A stretch of DNA of 64,000 nt, taken from assembly GCF_018350175.1 (NCBI RefSeq), contig NC_058373.1, positions 100,442,001 through 100,506,000 on the forward strand. Reading direction: 5' to 3'. The notes beneath the pieces are model-generated. The model searched no databases. It had not been told where the DNA came from and worked only from the letters and a program-made list of their open reading frames with translations. Of this stretch, positions 61,311 to 64,000 are shown piece after piece. The first letter of the stretch is position 1. The number at the start of each line of letters is the position of its first letter. The DNA comes from Felis catus. Its lineage: Eukaryota. The translations under genes and the position numbers were made by a program.

Positions 61311-61563
61311 CTAATATGCTTGCTTTGCCTATGTTTGTTATAGATTCCCCGTAGTGTCGACGGGACAAGACTGGTGAGGTCACAGGGCTTGGTATTGTTG
61401 AAATGCCTTCATTCTCTGAAATTGAGGTAGGTTCTTTTGCTGGGTGGAGAAAGCTTGGCTTCATATGCTCATAAGGTAGAGGATTAGAAGTATTATACCA
61501 GTGGATCTGGACAGGTGAAATGTTGCTGTAGTGTTTCAGTATTAATGGTTCTAATCTATAAGC
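61311..61563 (-). CDS. DDHD1: DDHD1 coding exon (253 nt, phase 0/1): AYRLEPLILKHYSNISPVQIHWYNTSNPLPYEHMKPSFLHPAKEPTSISENEGISTIPSPVTSPVLSRRHYGESITNIGKASIL(G)
   Basis: Read manually; it is absent from the ORF track. Acceptor ttttaaatcaag|GCTTAT, donor TTAG|gtaatt. It continues the frame of the previous exon (DPV|AYRLEP). Confidence 0.96.
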
Positions 61564-62069
61564 CTTGATTTAAAAAAAAAAATGCAAAGAAACACAACAT
61601 TAAGGCACAATGCTTGGATTTTAGTAAACTGTTTATTCTTATTCTATTGCATGCTCAATAGACCTTAGGGAATTAAAAAAAAAAAAAAACACCTGGTATT
61701 TCTAACATGCATTCCCATTTGTTCACTATTAATAATATGTAATTTGGTCTAATTATATATCCTTAATGATGAGATTATGGAAAAAACCAATTAGTGTTGG
61801 TCTAAGCTAACAGTGCCCATTAATTTGTTTTTCAGAAAAACAGATTCATTTTTATTAGGTTCTGATATCATATAACAATTAGATTTATGTTAGTCTCACC
61901 AACAAAGCTGAAGCAATAAACAGTAAACTAGGACACAGTAAATAAAGCCAATCTGTAACATCTTAGAAGCTCTTTGTAAACTCTATTTTCAAATAGATTA
62001 ACATAGTAACAGCACAAATTAGATGCTGATTAAAGACCATTTGTCTAATGTGAAGAAGGGATGATATAG

Positions 62070-62280
62070 CAGAAAAGACAATGAATGGACTTGGCATTAG
62101 AATTCCCCAAGTTCACATTCTGGCCTCTGTCACTAACTGAATAATACCTACCAAGTCACAAGGTTTCAGAGTCACTGTTTCCTGAGCTGTAGAAATCAGA
62201 TTAACACTTCCTACCTCACAAGGATGTTGGCAAGAACAGACAACATTTGTAAATACTGCTTAGCACAGTTCTGACATAAA
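62070..62280 (+). mobile_element. MIR
   Basis: ttctggcctctgtcactaactg...gtttcctgagctgtagaaat...cctacctcacaaggatgttg. Confidence 0.65.
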
Positions 62281-63470
62281 CTTTATTTAAAAAAACTTTA
62301 CTTAAAAAAATCACAGGAAAAACTATAAAATGAATAATAAAAAATAACTTAATAAAATGACATTGGAGCCCTCCTTTATGATATAACAAAACTTTAAGAT
62401 TATACCAAGGACAGGGTATACACTGATAACTCAGAGTTCCCCTACAAACTCAAGTTCACTTTCAAGTTACAAGATAATGAGTAAAATGAATATATATTAA
62501 TGAAATACTAAATGGTTAGCTGGGTGTTTTTACATATATTTTACTTAATCCTAACCATCTTAGGAGGTAAAATTTTGTCATCTGCATTACATAGCTAAGT
62601 CCTGGGAGTGACTTGGCCAAGATTGTGCCGTCTGTATTTGAATCTAATACTAGATTTTCAGTGAAATTCATTTCTTAAAGATAGCATTTTTGATTCTTTA
62701 ACACATAGGGAATTGTTAAAATTTTAGTATTTAATCAATGCTATATTTTCTTGGTACTAGCTAAAGATACTTGAAAAGACTTCGCACAATTACACAAAGC
62801 AAACTTTCTGAGAATGAAGGTTATTTAAAATAGTTTCTTTTAAATTTAGTTCTATCTAGCCTTGTCCCCAAAAAGATTTAAGAAGCGTTTTTCTCATCTA
62901 AAAATCTTACTTGGTAGTATACAATTTACCCAGATGCAAGATCACTGGAGTGATTAAAAACATTAAACACTAAACATTAAAAAATTATTAACAGTATAAA
63001 CATAAAAGAGAATGAAAAACCCCAGATTTAAAATTCGACCAGGCTAAAATAAATTCTTCCACTTTTTCATGTTTAATACATTTCAAATAGGGTCTACCAA
63101 ACACATTTCAATATGGTACATGTTTTAAAGAAAAAAAAAATTAAAATGGAATTTTCAAAATTTGTGATTGCTGGGTTATTGGTATTACAATTGGTTGTGG
63201 TTAGACAGTCCAGAAGATTCCTATTCCTTGTACTATTTGTCCAGAGATAATAGTTTTACATTATGCTCTTATAACATAGATCACCTCTGAGGTATTTCTG
63301 AGCCCTAAATTAACCAAAACACCAATGTCTTAAAGATATGAACCTATGAAAATATAATCAGATAAATCAACTCATTTCTCATTAGTTCAGTTGTACCTTG
63401 CAATATTTCATACAGAGTCTTTTATGAATAATTTAATGTTGAGGGAAAAATGTCTATAACTGCAACTCAC

Positions 63471-63620
63471 CACTGGATCTGTTGGATGAAAAATATTCAG
63501 TAACCGATTACAAATCTCTCTGGGCAAAATATGGTCTTGACTTCCAGTGTTTCCTGGGCGGATGCCACGCAATGCCAAGAAAACCGCTAATGGGGATCCC
63601 ATGCAGAAGAAATTCTCAAC
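63471..63620 (-). CDS. DDHD1: DDHD1 internal coding exon (150 nt, phase 0/0): VENFFCMGSPLAVFLALRGIRPGNTGSQDHILPREICNRLLNIFHPTDPV, start of the DDHD domain
   Basis: The translation matches the DDHD1 protein as I recall it. Acceptor atcattttag|GTTGAG lies at 63621-63622 and donor GTG|gtgagt at 63470. The gene continues upstream beyond the window. Confidence 0.96.
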
Positions 63621-64000
63621 CTAAAATGATAAAGTCATCCCAAATTTTAAAACTGGTGGTAGTTTTTCTCAGCAGAATTTGGGCACAACATAACACATGG
63701 CAAAATATGAACAATAAAATTATCTTCAAATATGTCTTTTTTCACAAGCTTTGTTCAGATGGTATCTGCCATAATTATATGCCAACCATTAATTGGTCTA
63801 AAAAAATCCATTTTTAGAAGCAACTTCATTATCTTTAAATCTAACAGAAAACAAAAAATGAGAAGAAGAAAAGGAGAAGGAAGACCATTTCATTGTGTGT
63901 TTTCACACACTAGTCCAAGTTTTATCAAGCTACTATTTTGTGTGAAGTAATATTCTAATGCTATCAACGTTTTAATAAAGACCAATAAGGCAGAGGAATC

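Noticed and set aside
61564..61610. CCTTAAT near an AAG acceptor, suggesting a U12 intron
   Set aside because: The matching donor is GTGAGT (U2 type), not RTATCCT.

Overview
Mammalian genomic DNA, almost certainly from a felid: it is dense in tRNA-derived Can-SINEs of the SINEC_Fc type and carries carnivore L1s. The right end (52.2-63.6 kb, minus strand) holds the last five coding exons of DDHD1 (PA-preferring phospholipase A1). All have canonical AG/GT boundaries and compatible phases, and one is an 84-nt frame-preserving cassette exon. A long 3' UTR follows towards lower coordinates. The left ~40 kb is intergenic and made largely of layered transposon fossils: CR1/L3, L2, MIR, MaLR/ERVL/ERV1 LTRs, old L1M, two younger 5'-truncated L1s and about 24 Can-SINEs, many with readable target-site duplications (TSDs). 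A few non-repeat islands look enhancer-like. Nearly all ORFs in the supplied track are spurious. I found no convincing novel multi-gene system. The best second-look items are a perfect 32-bp-arm hairpin at 36.85 kb, a short L1 3' transduction, nested insertions, a strong intronic CTCF motif, miR-17/19 seed sites in the DDHD1 UTR and a TEAD/AP-1 island. Repeat family names come from my recognition of consensus sequences, not from a RepeatMasker run, and boundaries of the old elements are approximate.
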